From a virus (lineage: Duplodnaviria; Caudoviricetes), in IMG/VR virus record IMGVR_UViG_3300020400_000007, positions 1 to 59,818 of that record: a DNA stretch of 59,818 bases, one strand, 5' to 3'. How positions within the stretch are numbered: position 1 is the stretch's first letter; every line of letters starts with the position of its first letter. The position numbers and the translations under genes are program-made. Shown piece after piece: positions 19,782 through 32,400 of the stretch. The notes beneath the pieces were generated by a model. That model made no database searches. It had not been told where the DNA came from and saw only the letters and a list, made by a program, of their open reading frames with translations.

Positions 19782-20396
19782 TTACGCCTCGTTAAAACCA
19801 GTTAAACTTTGTACTCTAACTGTGTAGTCTATCTGTATTAATCTGTTTAAACTTTTTTGCACAGGATGGAATATTACGTGTGTTAGTAATCTACCTGTTC
19901 CTGATGTTGCAAAACTTACTAATCCTAATTCATCAAACACATACAAGCTGTCTGAACCAGTTGCGTTATCTAATGCATCTTGTCCTGACGGTTCTCCATA
20001 ATCTAACAAACAAGTTGCAATTATGTCTGTGTAGTTTGTACCGCTTACGTGACGTGTTTCTATCTTGTTTCTTGTAGGATCTGTGTTGTTGATAGAATTA
20101 TCGTCAATTACTTTGCTGTATGTTTGGTTGTACAAACTTGCATTTGTTCCTGTTGAATTTGGTGAAAGGTATGTAATTATACCCGTTGGATCGACGGATG
20201 TTCCACCATTACCAAAAGCCATTGAATATACCATTCCTTGCCCTTGGTTTGCTAATGATTCAGCTAATGAAATACTCATGTTTTCATAGTGAATAGCATT
20301 ACGTTTATCAACCAGAACTTCTCCAGATTCTGGATTGTGTATCTTTATGTGTCCTTGCAAAAGAACTCCTGATTTGTCTTTAAAATTGTCTATCAT
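19782..20396 (-). CDS. Virion structural protein (baseplate region)
   Basis: NAIHYENMS...FDELGL...LLTHVIFHPVQKSLNRLIQIDYTVR; AATAAATA late promoter at 20415-20422. Confidence 0.65.
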   Translation of the reverse strand: MIDNFKDKSGVLLQGHIKIHNPESGEVLVDKRNAIHYENMSISLAESLANQGQGMVYSMAFGNGGTSVDPTGIITYLSPNSTGTNASLYNQTYSKVIDDNSINNTDPTRNKIETRHVSGTNYTDIIATCLLDYGEPSGQDALDNATGSDSLYVFDELGLVSFATSGTGRLLTHVIFHPVQKSLNRLIQIDYTVRVQSLTGFNEA

Positions 20397-20417
20397 GTTA
20401 ATATCCTACAAGTGTAT

Positions 20418-23400
20418 TTATTTAGGTAACGCCACCTCTTTGTTTCTTAAGAACCTGCCAATGTTATTTTCCGCTAATCTTAGTGGAGTTCCTGGATCAG
20501 TCCATCTTTTTCCTATACGTCTAACCACCATTATCTTGGTGTTAATAGGAGGTTGTTCAGTCAATGTTAAGGTAGTACTGCCTGCTGTCATACTAAATTC
20601 TGCTGGTAAAGTAGTATCTGCTTCAGGACTATCCAAATTAGTTGTTGGATCAAAGGAACTTATTGCATTTTTACGCAATCTTCTTCCGCCAACAAACACT
20701 TCAACTAAATCCATTACTGTACCAGATCCTGTTGGATCTTGTGGTACAAAGTCAAGTGTGTATGCTTTTGTTGAGCCATCTGACACAAAATTCAATGTCA
20801 TTGTTTCGTCTTTGTAAGGTACAGTTTGGTCTCTGCTTTGATCTAACACTACACTACCCTGAGAGTGTTTTGTTTTGACTCCTGTTCCTAATGTACCTCT
20901 TCTCAACTGTCTTAAAGCACCATCTTCTTTCAAATAATATTCTATTCGCTCACCACCTATGAACAATACACCTGGCATTTGTTTTGCTTTGTTTGGTATA
21001 GGTAAGCTGTCTACATTGGTTACAAATATCTTAGTATCGTACCAATTTAAATCTTCTGCTAGTGTGTATTCTACATCATCACCCAAACGTTTGAAGTGTG
21101 TTCTGTTCAACATATCTTTGAACTGTCTGTAACCAAATTTTGGAACAATAGTGTTGTTTGAGAAGTGTATCAACTCAACTACATCATTTGCATTGATGTC
21201 TGTAACAACTCTTACAGTTTGTCTATCTTCTTCTAAGTAATAATCAACACTTGGTGTTAATAATGTTCCGTTGACAACAATCCAAACATATTCAGCGTCA
21301 ATGGCAAGTGTGCGTAATTTTATTATTCCATTTGTAAGCTGATGATATTCTGTGTAGTTGCTTGTACCTACTGTTATAGGATTTCTTGTTACAACATCTA
21401 AATTAATTCTTTCTATTTTTCTAACATCATGTTTGCTAAACTGATAAACTGTAACTGCTGAACCGTTAGCAGGAGCATTATCAAAATAAATTTTGTTTGG
21501 TGTTGCGTTCCATAAACCGTTACCATCAAAGAAGCCAAATGAATAATCTCCATCGTTCCTGATGTACACGTTTAGAATATCACCTGCAACTCCTACGTCA
21601 CTGAACAAGTTTACAGTTGCGTTGAAAGTATTCCAGCTCCAACTTTGCGTTATAGTAATTTCTTCTCCATTCAAGAATACTCTTACCTTGTTTGCATCAA
21701 TACCAGCTTTTGGTATTTGATAATCTTTTAATGTATATTCTCTAGTTGCACTTACAACAAATCTTTGATTGTATCCTGCATTTAGAATATTGTTGTCTAC
21801 TTTTACAATTACATTTTGCTCTAATGGCTCTTGCGTAAACGGAGCCTGTGCAAGTGTAAATGAAGTTGTGTTTCCGTCACCTGTAAATGTGTCTGTTGTA
21901 ATTTGTGAGAAACTTGTACTTGCACTATCAAATATTGCATATTGTATTACAGCTCCATTCAAAGGTGCAGTTCCTAGTTTAAACACACTCATTCCTTTTT
22001 GTCCTGAGTAAGTATTGTCTGTTTCTGCAAGTGTTACATTTACAGTTTTACCATCAACAGTTAAGAAGTGACTTAATGTATTTTTGTATTTTACAGGGAC
22101 AACAAATTGTGCTGTTGAACCATCTCCAATGAAAGTATCTATATCAAGTATTTTTTCACCATTGTTACTCATTGTAATAATATGTACTTGTTCATTTAGT
22201 CCTGGTGCATTTGTAAGTTTAATTTTTTTGTTTTGATAATCAACTTCAAACAATGTATCTGCTAAAATATTTCCATTAACTTTTATCCAAACATCACTTT
22301 GGCTCATTGGTACAAAGTTAATGTCAAAGTCTTTGTTGTTTCCGTCGCCCAAGTAATTGTAGCTGTGTAATATACTTGAACCGTCACCTGTTCTGTCATA
22401 AACTTTAATATCTAGTGTGTCAAGCACTTGTCCTGGTACAAGTTCTTCTGGACCTTTTGATGTTAAAGGTGTTACAAAACTGTCACCATCAACAACAATT
22501 TCTTCTGCTGATAATCCACGTGCAGTTTGATATACAAGATCTCCACCTTGTAGTAAAGTATCATATCCATCTGGATCTGGAATAAATGATCCGTCGCTTG
22601 TTGATTTTCTAATTACAATAACATCATTTGCTACTGTTGGAACTTTTGTTTCGTCAAGCTGTATAAATGTTTGACCTGCACCTGTAATACTTTCCATTAC
22701 TGCATTTGGATTATTAGAAACAGTTGATCCGTCATATTGTGGATCATCTATTCTAACACCATTTTTATATACGTTATACACAACACCTGACTCTAAAGGT
22801 TTAGCAAGTGTAAACACATTTGTACTTCCGTCTAGTGTAAACACCTCATCTTCATATGTGTTATCGTAAGTGTCATATGTTGTTGTGTAGTAAGGCTCAC
22901 TTGACCAACCTGTACCTGCACCAAATGTAAAGCTCTTGACTTGAACTCCTCCATAATCAATTCCGTCCATAAGCTGAGATACATCTTTGCCTAACATACC
23001 TGTTGTTGGATCATAGAACATATTAATTCTATCTTGTGCTTGTAACATATCGATAGCTTTGCTGTAATTTACAACTATTGCAGAATTATTTGCAGGTGGT
23101 TCAGTAAATGTTACTCTACCTTTGCTTCTTGCATATGACTTTGTGTTGTCTGCAAGATTAGAAATTGTATATTCACTTTGTAGTGCTTCGATACCTGCCA
23201 CAGTTACAGTGATTGTAGTTGTTCTCAAATCCATTGGAAACTTAAGATCATATTGTGTTTTACTACCTGTGCCTGTGAAGTTTTCTACTTCTGTAAGTGT
23301 TGTGATTAAGAAGTTACCAGTTGTTCTATCAAACTTACTTACTATATGATTTGATCTTACTTTGCTGTTTCCTAGTTGTGCTGATACTACTGCTTTGACT

Positions 23401-26400
23401 CCTGCTGGATCCTGTGTTCCTTCTACAGTTACAGTTGGAGCAGACAAGTATCCTTTACCTGGATTAGTTACTGTGATATATTTAATTGTACCGCCAGCAC
23501 CTAATGTTGCTTTTGCAACTGCACCTGTACCACCGCCACCAACAAATTTGATTAATGGAGTTTCTAAATAAAGTGTACCGCCTGTTTTAATATTAATTTG
23601 TTTTACTTCAAAGCCAACACAGTCAGCCCAATACTTGTTAGGATATGTTGTTATTGAAGCATCTTGTCCTACTATTAAATCGTTTTGTACTTTTAAACTT
23701 GCAGGAACAATTTTACCATCATCTGAACTGTAAGCAGGTGGAATATCAAAGTCTGTGATACCACTTGCAGTTTCATCTGTGTTTGTATAGTTACTGATGT
23801 ACTCTCTAATTTTTGTTTTGTATGGTTTTGTTTCCTTAACAAAATCCTCATAACTTGGTAAACTATCATTTTGGAAAGTAATTTTTTGTTGTAAATCACC
23901 AGCATTGTGTTTTGCTTTTATAAAGCTAGTCTTAAATGCCCAGTCAACATTTGCTTGTTCAGAAAATACATATCTTAAACTTGCAAAGAATAATTTATTG
24001 TATTCAACTGCAAGATCGTTAATAAAAATATCATCTCTTAATGACTGTAATATAATTCTTAATTCTCTTGTAGGTTGATTATCATAGAATGATGTATCAT
24101 AACTTAATCCATCATATCCTATATTGCTGTTTGCACTATCAAACAAGCTGTTAGATAATTGTATGGTTCCATTTTCTCTACCAATAGTTTTGTATTTTGT
24201 TGTGTAATCACTGCCGTCATTACTAATTTTTTCAAGTAACAACCAACCGCCTGATCCTATTGTAGATATTTTTACTATATCTCCTACTGCATCGTCTAAT
24301 GAATCTAATTCATATGAGAAATCAATCAAGAAATCTGTTTCAGTAAATTCACTGTAACCCACATCATACCAATCTTCATACGTCCACCATTGTGTAACAT
24401 CATAAGATGAACTTGTAGTTCTTGCCCAAGTTTTAGAATTTTCTTGGTAAGCATATATAGACCATCTGCTGTTGACACTTTCGTCTACTGTTACCAACAC
24501 ACTATATTTTCTTACTTCAAGTGTTGTTTTTGGTCCATAATCATTACCTGTATTTTTGACCACAGCACTTGTAATTGTACCATGTGCGTCCATTGTAAGT
24601 GTAATCTCAGCACCAGATCCATTTCCTGTATTTCCAAATTCAACAGTTGGTATAGTTTTGTAACCTTTACCACCATTTGTAATATCAACTCTTGCAAGTC
24701 TGCCATTTTCAAACACAGGTGTTAATACTGCTGGAGAAATGTTTGACACTCCTACTGTAGATAATTCTGCATAAGTGTCTATTGCTTTATCAAACTTTCT
24801 ACTTAATAAAGTAGGAGTAGGATCTTTGCTTAAGAACTTGCTTAGATCAAATTCATCTACAATTAAATTTTGTTTTAATGTTCTATTAGCTCTTTCAACA
24901 GTTTGCTTTAATGCTTCAGTTTTGTTTTTAAACATTCCTTGTCTTGGTCTGTCTAAAATACCATATGCTTGTTTAGGACTTAAAATTGTATCTGGAACTG
25001 CTCTTTCATTTACATCAACTCCAATTAAACTGTCATACCATTTGCGTTCTAAGTCTTTGTTTGGTCTGCTAGTATCAAGCCCTTCTGTAAGCAATTGGTA
25101 CTGATTGTGTGCATTTATTTCTTTGTTCTCTATTGTCCAGTATCTAAAGTTAATTGCATTTTCTGGTCCACTTACAAGTGATTCACAGTTGTACAAACCA
25201 AATCTTGAATTGCTGTACATGGCAATAAATCTTTGTCCTTGTCCTGCAGGATCTTGTATCAATTGAGCAACGTCATACGCACTAGTTTTTCTAAACTCAA
25301 AGTGTGGTATAATTTTTTTATTTTTTACCCAGTAGTAATATTTGTTAAAGAAACTTTTTGCAACGTTATCAAATTTTTGTACCTGAACAAAAGTATTAAG
25401 ATCCTTAGGCGTACCACTAATACCTTTTGTTAATCCTTCTTCAGTGTCAGCTTGTTGAGACCATTGTGTTGGAGTAAGTGTTGATTCTACCCACTCATAA
25501 ACATCAATAGATGCACCTGTAAACAATTTGTTCCAATTAGCTGTATTGTAAATTATGTTGCCTTGGTATGGGTTTACAAATTTTGCTGTGCTTAGATCCC
25601 ACCATAGTCTACCTACCCATTTGGTATCCCAATAATTATCTGCGTCAATTACAGTATTTTGTGAAGGAGTTCCATTTGTGTAAACTGCTGGATCATAATG
25701 TGTTTTGAATGTTAATTCTTCTTCCGCCGCACCTGCAATTTTTCCTTGTATTGGATCTATATAATCCACTGCCTGAGCAACAGGATTTTCATTAATTTCA
25801 TAAATGAATATACCTTTGAATTTAGACAAGTCTACTTGATCCATTGGACTATGTAAAGTTGCCCACGGCATAACATCTCTTGTTCTCTTGAAATCTATAA
25901 GTGTTCCAATAAAATTATTATCAGTGATGGACAATTCTGGCATTGGCACATACACATGGTTTTCATTAAACAATAAGAACTCGCCAAATCTTTCTGTTGC
26001 AGGATTTTTGTAATTAAATTTCTCTGCATACAATAATTTGTTTCTTACCTTTTGATACATAAACACTTGTCCACTGTCAGCATTTACTTTTTCAAACTGC
26101 GTTAAGTTGTTGTCAAATGTTGTTGTAATGTTATCAAATGTTGTGCTTGTTACAAGGTCACCACCTTTAGAACTAATAACTAAATCATTGCCATTGAAAT
26201 CTATTGCCGCTCCGAATCTTTCTGCAACATCTTTTTCAGGACTGTATAGTGTTTGCGTTAATTCAAATGTTCCTAAATTGTTTGTGTATACAAAAACCTT
26301 ACCATTGTCATTAGATCTATCATCTGCCAAAGGAGCACCTACAGCCACCATTGATCCATCATCACTTACTGCAACACTTGATCCGAAACCTATTCCGGCA

Positions 26401-29400
26401 ACTGGTGCTGGAATCATTTGTGAAAATCCATAATGTCCTTTGATAAATCTATAAATTATAACCTTAGGATCACTGTTGTTAAAGTCTGCCACTGTTGCAA
26501 TCACTTCACCAAGTTTTGCTACTGCAAAAGGATGTGCGTAATTTGTAAGATTGGCTTTATCAAATGTGCTGTCATCACTTACAACAAGATTTGTATCATT
26601 TGGTAGGTATCCAATGTAATCTATAAATGCATCTATTACTGTCCAGAACGTTGGGTTCCATGCACCTGCTACAAGATTTGTGTTTGCTTGATAAAACTGT
26701 CCATTGTACAACACAATATCATTTGTGTAATAATCTTGTGAGTCACTAAATTCGCCTTTGAAGAAATAGTTTTTACTTCTTGCCCACTCATACGTTGTGC
26801 CATCAGTATCAGTACCATGCGTGACTAAATGTATTCTACCACTGTTGCTTGTTGTATTGTTGCCAGGAGCAGATACAAACAATCTGTACAATTCGCTTTG
26901 AGTTGATTTTGTTAATTTGATTATTGTACCTAAGAATCTATTTGATTCTCTTTGTGGATTTGTGTAACCATGTTGATATGAATACAATCCTGTACCCATT
27001 CTTTCATAAACAAAATATGCACCTTCATTTGTAAATGCACTTGGTGTACCTGTTGTATCTAATTTTAATGCACTAACTTGTTTCCAATCCTTGTTTAAAG
27101 GATTTGGAGTATTAGGCGTTCTTGCAACACCATTGACTGTTCTATTGTTGAACACATAAATTTCTAATTCATCTCTAAATGTTGGAGCAGTTACAGGCAA
27201 CATTGTGCTATCTGTGTTTCTTACCACAACAAGTTTTCCTGCTATACTACCAGACATATTTGCGTTGTCTAATCTACCGGATAATCTATCAACACCTGCA
27301 CTTACACCATCTTTGATTGCAATGGTACTTGTATCACTATGTTGATTACCAAACTTAAATGATCCATTTCTAGCTTTGACATACAATCTACAATCAAGTA
27401 ACTGTTCTTGCAAATACACAACTTCTGCTGTTGCATTTGTAGACTGGTCGATAATTATATCACCTATTTGCGGAATAAAAGGATTACCATTGTTATCAAA
27501 GTTTGTAAATGTTACATCTACAAATCCGTCCCAAATATCATATACACTATGTAAAGTGTCATTCAGATAATCAAATCCTATTCCTAGTGTTGCAGGATCA
27601 AATACTGTTAAAGTGTTACCACCACGTATTTCATTTACACGCATGGTAAATGGAGTACCAGATACCAATGTGTCTGTCCAAGCCTTAGGTGCCCTGAAGA
27701 ACCATAAAGGACTCAAGTCAGGCATACCTTGTTTGTTATAGAAACTTAAATGACCAAGTCTTCCTCCTTTGGTTGGATCTGACACTTGATTCAATGCATA
27801 CACATCGTCCATTGTGTTGTAATAAATTTCTGGACTTTTGCTTTCTGCCTGTGTAATAATATCTTGTATTACAAACTGTGGTTCTGTAATTTCTTTGACT
27901 GTGGTATCAAATGCTGTTGTAACATTTATTCTCCACCAACCCCCGAAAGATGCTTGTGAGTTTGTTGGTTCTACTAATGCATATGAACCCATCGTCACTC
28001 CGCCTAATGTTGCGTTGTCATTAGCAAGGAATTGACCATTCATACCACTGATGTAAATCATTGCTTGGTTTACGTTCTGAACACTTATATGATTTACTGT
28101 TCCTATTGCAGTACTTGTACTAATTAAATCACCTACCTGTGGTGTTCTTAATAAATTATCAAAATATAATACAGCATCTACTTTTGCAACAATAGATTTG
28201 TTGCCTTCAAGTTCACTTAATACAGGCCCTTGTACTCCAAATGGAACAACACCGTTTGGATAGTTTTGTGAATACTGTTTCCAGTTAAATGCTAAAGTGT
28301 CGCCAACTGCTGAACCTTCGTACTGTGCCGTTGGTGCTCTTACAAGTATATGATCTGTAGGAACATTAAATCTGTAATTTCCTCTTATTGCATATACTAT
28401 TTGTGGGTAAGCGGTTCCAGTCCATGATGCTTTTGCAATTTGTGTTGGGTCATAAAAACTATTGAAAGTTAAAGTGCCTTGTGCCGCTGAAATAGGAAAC
28501 TGTGCCTCCCAGAAGTTTTCTTGATATTGAATAATATCTTTTTCTGCGTAACTTACATTACTTGCAAATGCACCTTTGAATTTTGTTTTTGCGTTGCTGG
28601 CATTTGGTGCACCTATTACTAACCACTTGGCATCTGAACTTAAATCTAATCCAGTTCCAAACTTACCATCGCCTGTGTATAAATTTGCAGGAGCATCTAT
28701 TGTTTGTGCATGATTGTATGTGGTGTTGTCATTTGTTCTTTGGAAAATATAAACTTTGTTAGATTCATTTGCACCAACAACCAATGTTGTGTTTCTTTCG
28801 TCTGCTCCTATTACTTTACCAAAGTTTGTGCTACTATCACCAGTTTCAACATTACTGATAACTTGTAATTCACTATGTTGTGGAGTATTTTTAAGAACAA
28901 TCCAACGATTAGCACTATCGTCATCTACCCAAAGCAATTCACCAACTTGGAATTCACCAGCAAACAATCTTGTGTTTGCTTCTTCAAGGTTGGCAACTCT
29001 TGCAGACGTAAATGTTGTAAGAAAGCCATTTGCAGTTTCTACATCTGACGTTTCACCATTGTCTGTACAAAATACAGTATCTAATTCTGATCTAATAACT
29101 TTGAATAACTTTTCAGTGTCTGCAACATCAACAACACCTATGATATCATCTTTGACATAGTTTGCTTGATTGTTAAGTTTTATTTCAACTTCATTTGTTG
29201 TAGTGTTTTTTACGACTGATAAAATTTTATCATTTGTACGTGTATATTTTAAAACGTCCCAATCATCTATTTTGCTTGTACCTGTCCAAATATAATCACC
29301 TACATTTAAAGTTGTTAAAGTTAATCCTAATATGTCATCATATTTTGCAACTGTTTGTTTAACATCTGCACTATTAACATATCCAGCAGTTTGTATATAA

Positions 29401-32400
29401 TCTTTGTCCTTGTATTTTGTAGGGAACGGTGCGTGATTATATCCATCTGGTTTTAAATATGTTTCAAAAGGTCTTTGTCTGTAAATTAAATCAGTTTCGT
29501 TTCCAGTTACAGTTTGTACTAATTCAACTGGTTGTGGACTTAATCTAAACTTTGCCTCATCTAATTTGTATTCTACTTCCTCAAAGGATTGCGATGATCC
29601 TAGTTGTCCTAGTCTTACTGCCCATTCTTCATAAAAGTTTACACTATCAGCATCTGTGTTTGATAACGCATCAAACAATTTAGTCAAACTGTTTTGTGTT
29701 CCTTTGTCTTGAATAAATCCTTGATAAAACTTATACTGACTTACATCATCATTGATAATGTTTTCTAAATATTTTCTTTTTTGATAACCAATTAAGTGTT
29801 GTGCAACTCTTTGTTGATCAATATCAAAATTGTCTGTGTCAAGATCGTAAAAGTCTGCAAATTGTTTTGCTTTGTAGTCTAAGTTTGCTTGTAAGCCCGA
29901 CTTAGGTGCTTCTGATAATCTTTGCCAATCTACATCAACAAATACTTCTTTGCCAGGTAATTTACGTTTTGCAACATAAAAGAACTCTTTGTACTTGACG
30001 GTGTCTCCGATAGCATAATCTTTCCATGCTTCCCACTCTGTGATGTTTACTTCATCATATACAAATCCAGGTATGTTTAATCCGCCAGTCCAATCATCTG
30101 TTCTGTATCCAAGTACTTTAATTCTTTCTTGTCTGTAACCAGGCTCAAGATCATAAATGAAATCACTGAACACAGTTTTGTTATCTAAAAGACAAACGTG
30201 TTCAACTTGTATTAAAGGTATCTTAACAGCATATATTCCATCAGTTGTATTCTTAGTTGTTATACCTAAATTGTTATCATTGTCTCTGAAAACATTTAAA
30301 TTAGCTTGTAATAATTTTTTACCATCTGCTTTGAATAGATTGTAACCATAGAAGCTATCAAACAAGTTGTCAGCTACATGATGTTTTTTATAAAACTGTA
30401 AATTAATTGCACCCGGACTTAAAGTTATAACACTATTGGCTTGCCAATTTTGTGTTGTCCAGAACATAAATTCTTTTGCACTCAAAGACCAATCTTCAAC
30501 TTCATTTATTTCTTTGTTGTAATTTTGAAACACAAAACCTTGTGCTTTTAAATATCTTTCATAGCCAAGTAAAAAGTCAACCACACCTTGTATTGTTTTT
30601 ATTTGTGTACCATATGCAAGTTCTACAGGCTCTTGATTTATTCCTTCATTCCATTCACGTCTAAAGAAAGCAGATCTGCCTCCTTCAACTGGTAGTTCAG
30701 CAAGTCTTACAAATTTTTCTTGTTCAAATTCAGATCCTGCAACGTGCAAGGTTTCTGTCATGTAAAAATCGTTACCAAACTTAACTACAAATCCAGGACT
30801 GTAAGTTTGTCCTTCATTCCATTGTACAAAGTCTGCACTTACGCCACCAACTCTTACTAATGGATCATCTGCAAGTGCAACTGGTGTGTAATATTTAAAA
30901 TATGGATTATCATAATTGTAACCTTTTATAATAAAGCCACTTGCTACTTTTTCTATAATTACACCACTGTATGGTACCAAGTCTACAACACTTGATTTGT
31001 TTAAAAATATTTGATAGTTTTCTTCTGGAACAAAAACATTACCTTCGTTATAAGGAGTTCTACTGTCTAAAATTAATTTAAATTTAGCTTTCTCAGTAAA
31101 TCCACCAATCTTTAATCCTAGTTGGTTAGTGATGTTTGCTATATCATCTTTGTACTGTGAATAAAATTTAACAGTTTTGCTGTTCATGTAGTCTGCTATG
31201 TAGTTTACAAGTCCAGCAGTTTGCACACGAGTTTCATCTTCTATTGTGTTTGGAAACACAATGTCTGCTAATCTTAAACGTTTATTTGTTTCAGTGTAAA
31301 TTAATTCTTTAGCAAGATTTCTTTTTATTCTTGCTCTGTCAAATCCTGCACCTATAATTTTTGTTGGTTGGTTAAGCATCCAAGCAGTTATCAATGAGAA
31401 CGGATATTCAGAACTTCTGCGCCATGCAGTTTCAGTTGGTGCTTGATCGCCAAACACAAATGGTTCTTGTGTTCTGTTGCTTATATAATTTTTAGCATAG
31501 TTACTGTCCAATGGACTTAATAAATTACCGCCATCATCAACTGGAATGTGTTTTGTAATATTTGTTCTTGCATATTTTTCATTATACACCATAGGCACAT
31601 CAGGTATTCTGTAAGCACCCTTTTCAATGTCTTGCCACAATATTTTATTTTCACTTGTATAAGGAGCAGAACCGTACACTGATTGCCACCAAGTTGGTTC
31701 TTCTGAGTATCCTAGCATTTCCCAAGGGTGAGTGTGAGGACGATCAGTATCATATGCTTCTTTGTATACAGCTCTCCAATATCCTGGATTCTGTTTGCCT
31801 GAAGGAGAACTAGTGTTGCTGTAATTGTATGTAAAGCTGTTTGCTCTTGACCAAAAAGTAAAATCAGTATAATCTGGATCGCCTACTGCTCTGTTCCATT
31901 CTACAAAATCAGCCAACATGGCTTTGTCACGTGCATTTCTAGTATAACCTGTGTATCTAGATTCACCACCTATAAAGTCATGTATGTTTAAAATATCAAC
32001 ATCATAATTAATTTTTATATTGTTGTAAATTCTTTTTTCTAATTCAATTAAAAGGTCATCTCTGAAATCATTGTAAGCAACAAATATACTTCCATCATGT
32101 CCTTGTATAACTTTTGTAGGAGTTTGATAAGTGTTGTCTACAAATATTTCTGGTTTAAATTTAGGATACAAACCAAGTTTAGTTGGTGTTGGTGGAATAT
32201 AACTTCCGTCTGTATTGTCGTATTCATATATTTCAATCAAGTCGTTAATGTTTTTAGTTTTTGTTATTGTAACAAATCCTGCAAACTCTGATTCAAATTT
32301 GTAATCAGTGCCATGTATTAACTGTACCCCATTGATATAAACGTTTACTGCCTTGTTAGTTAATTTTGTAAGATCAAAACTTGTAGCAAGTGGAAAATAT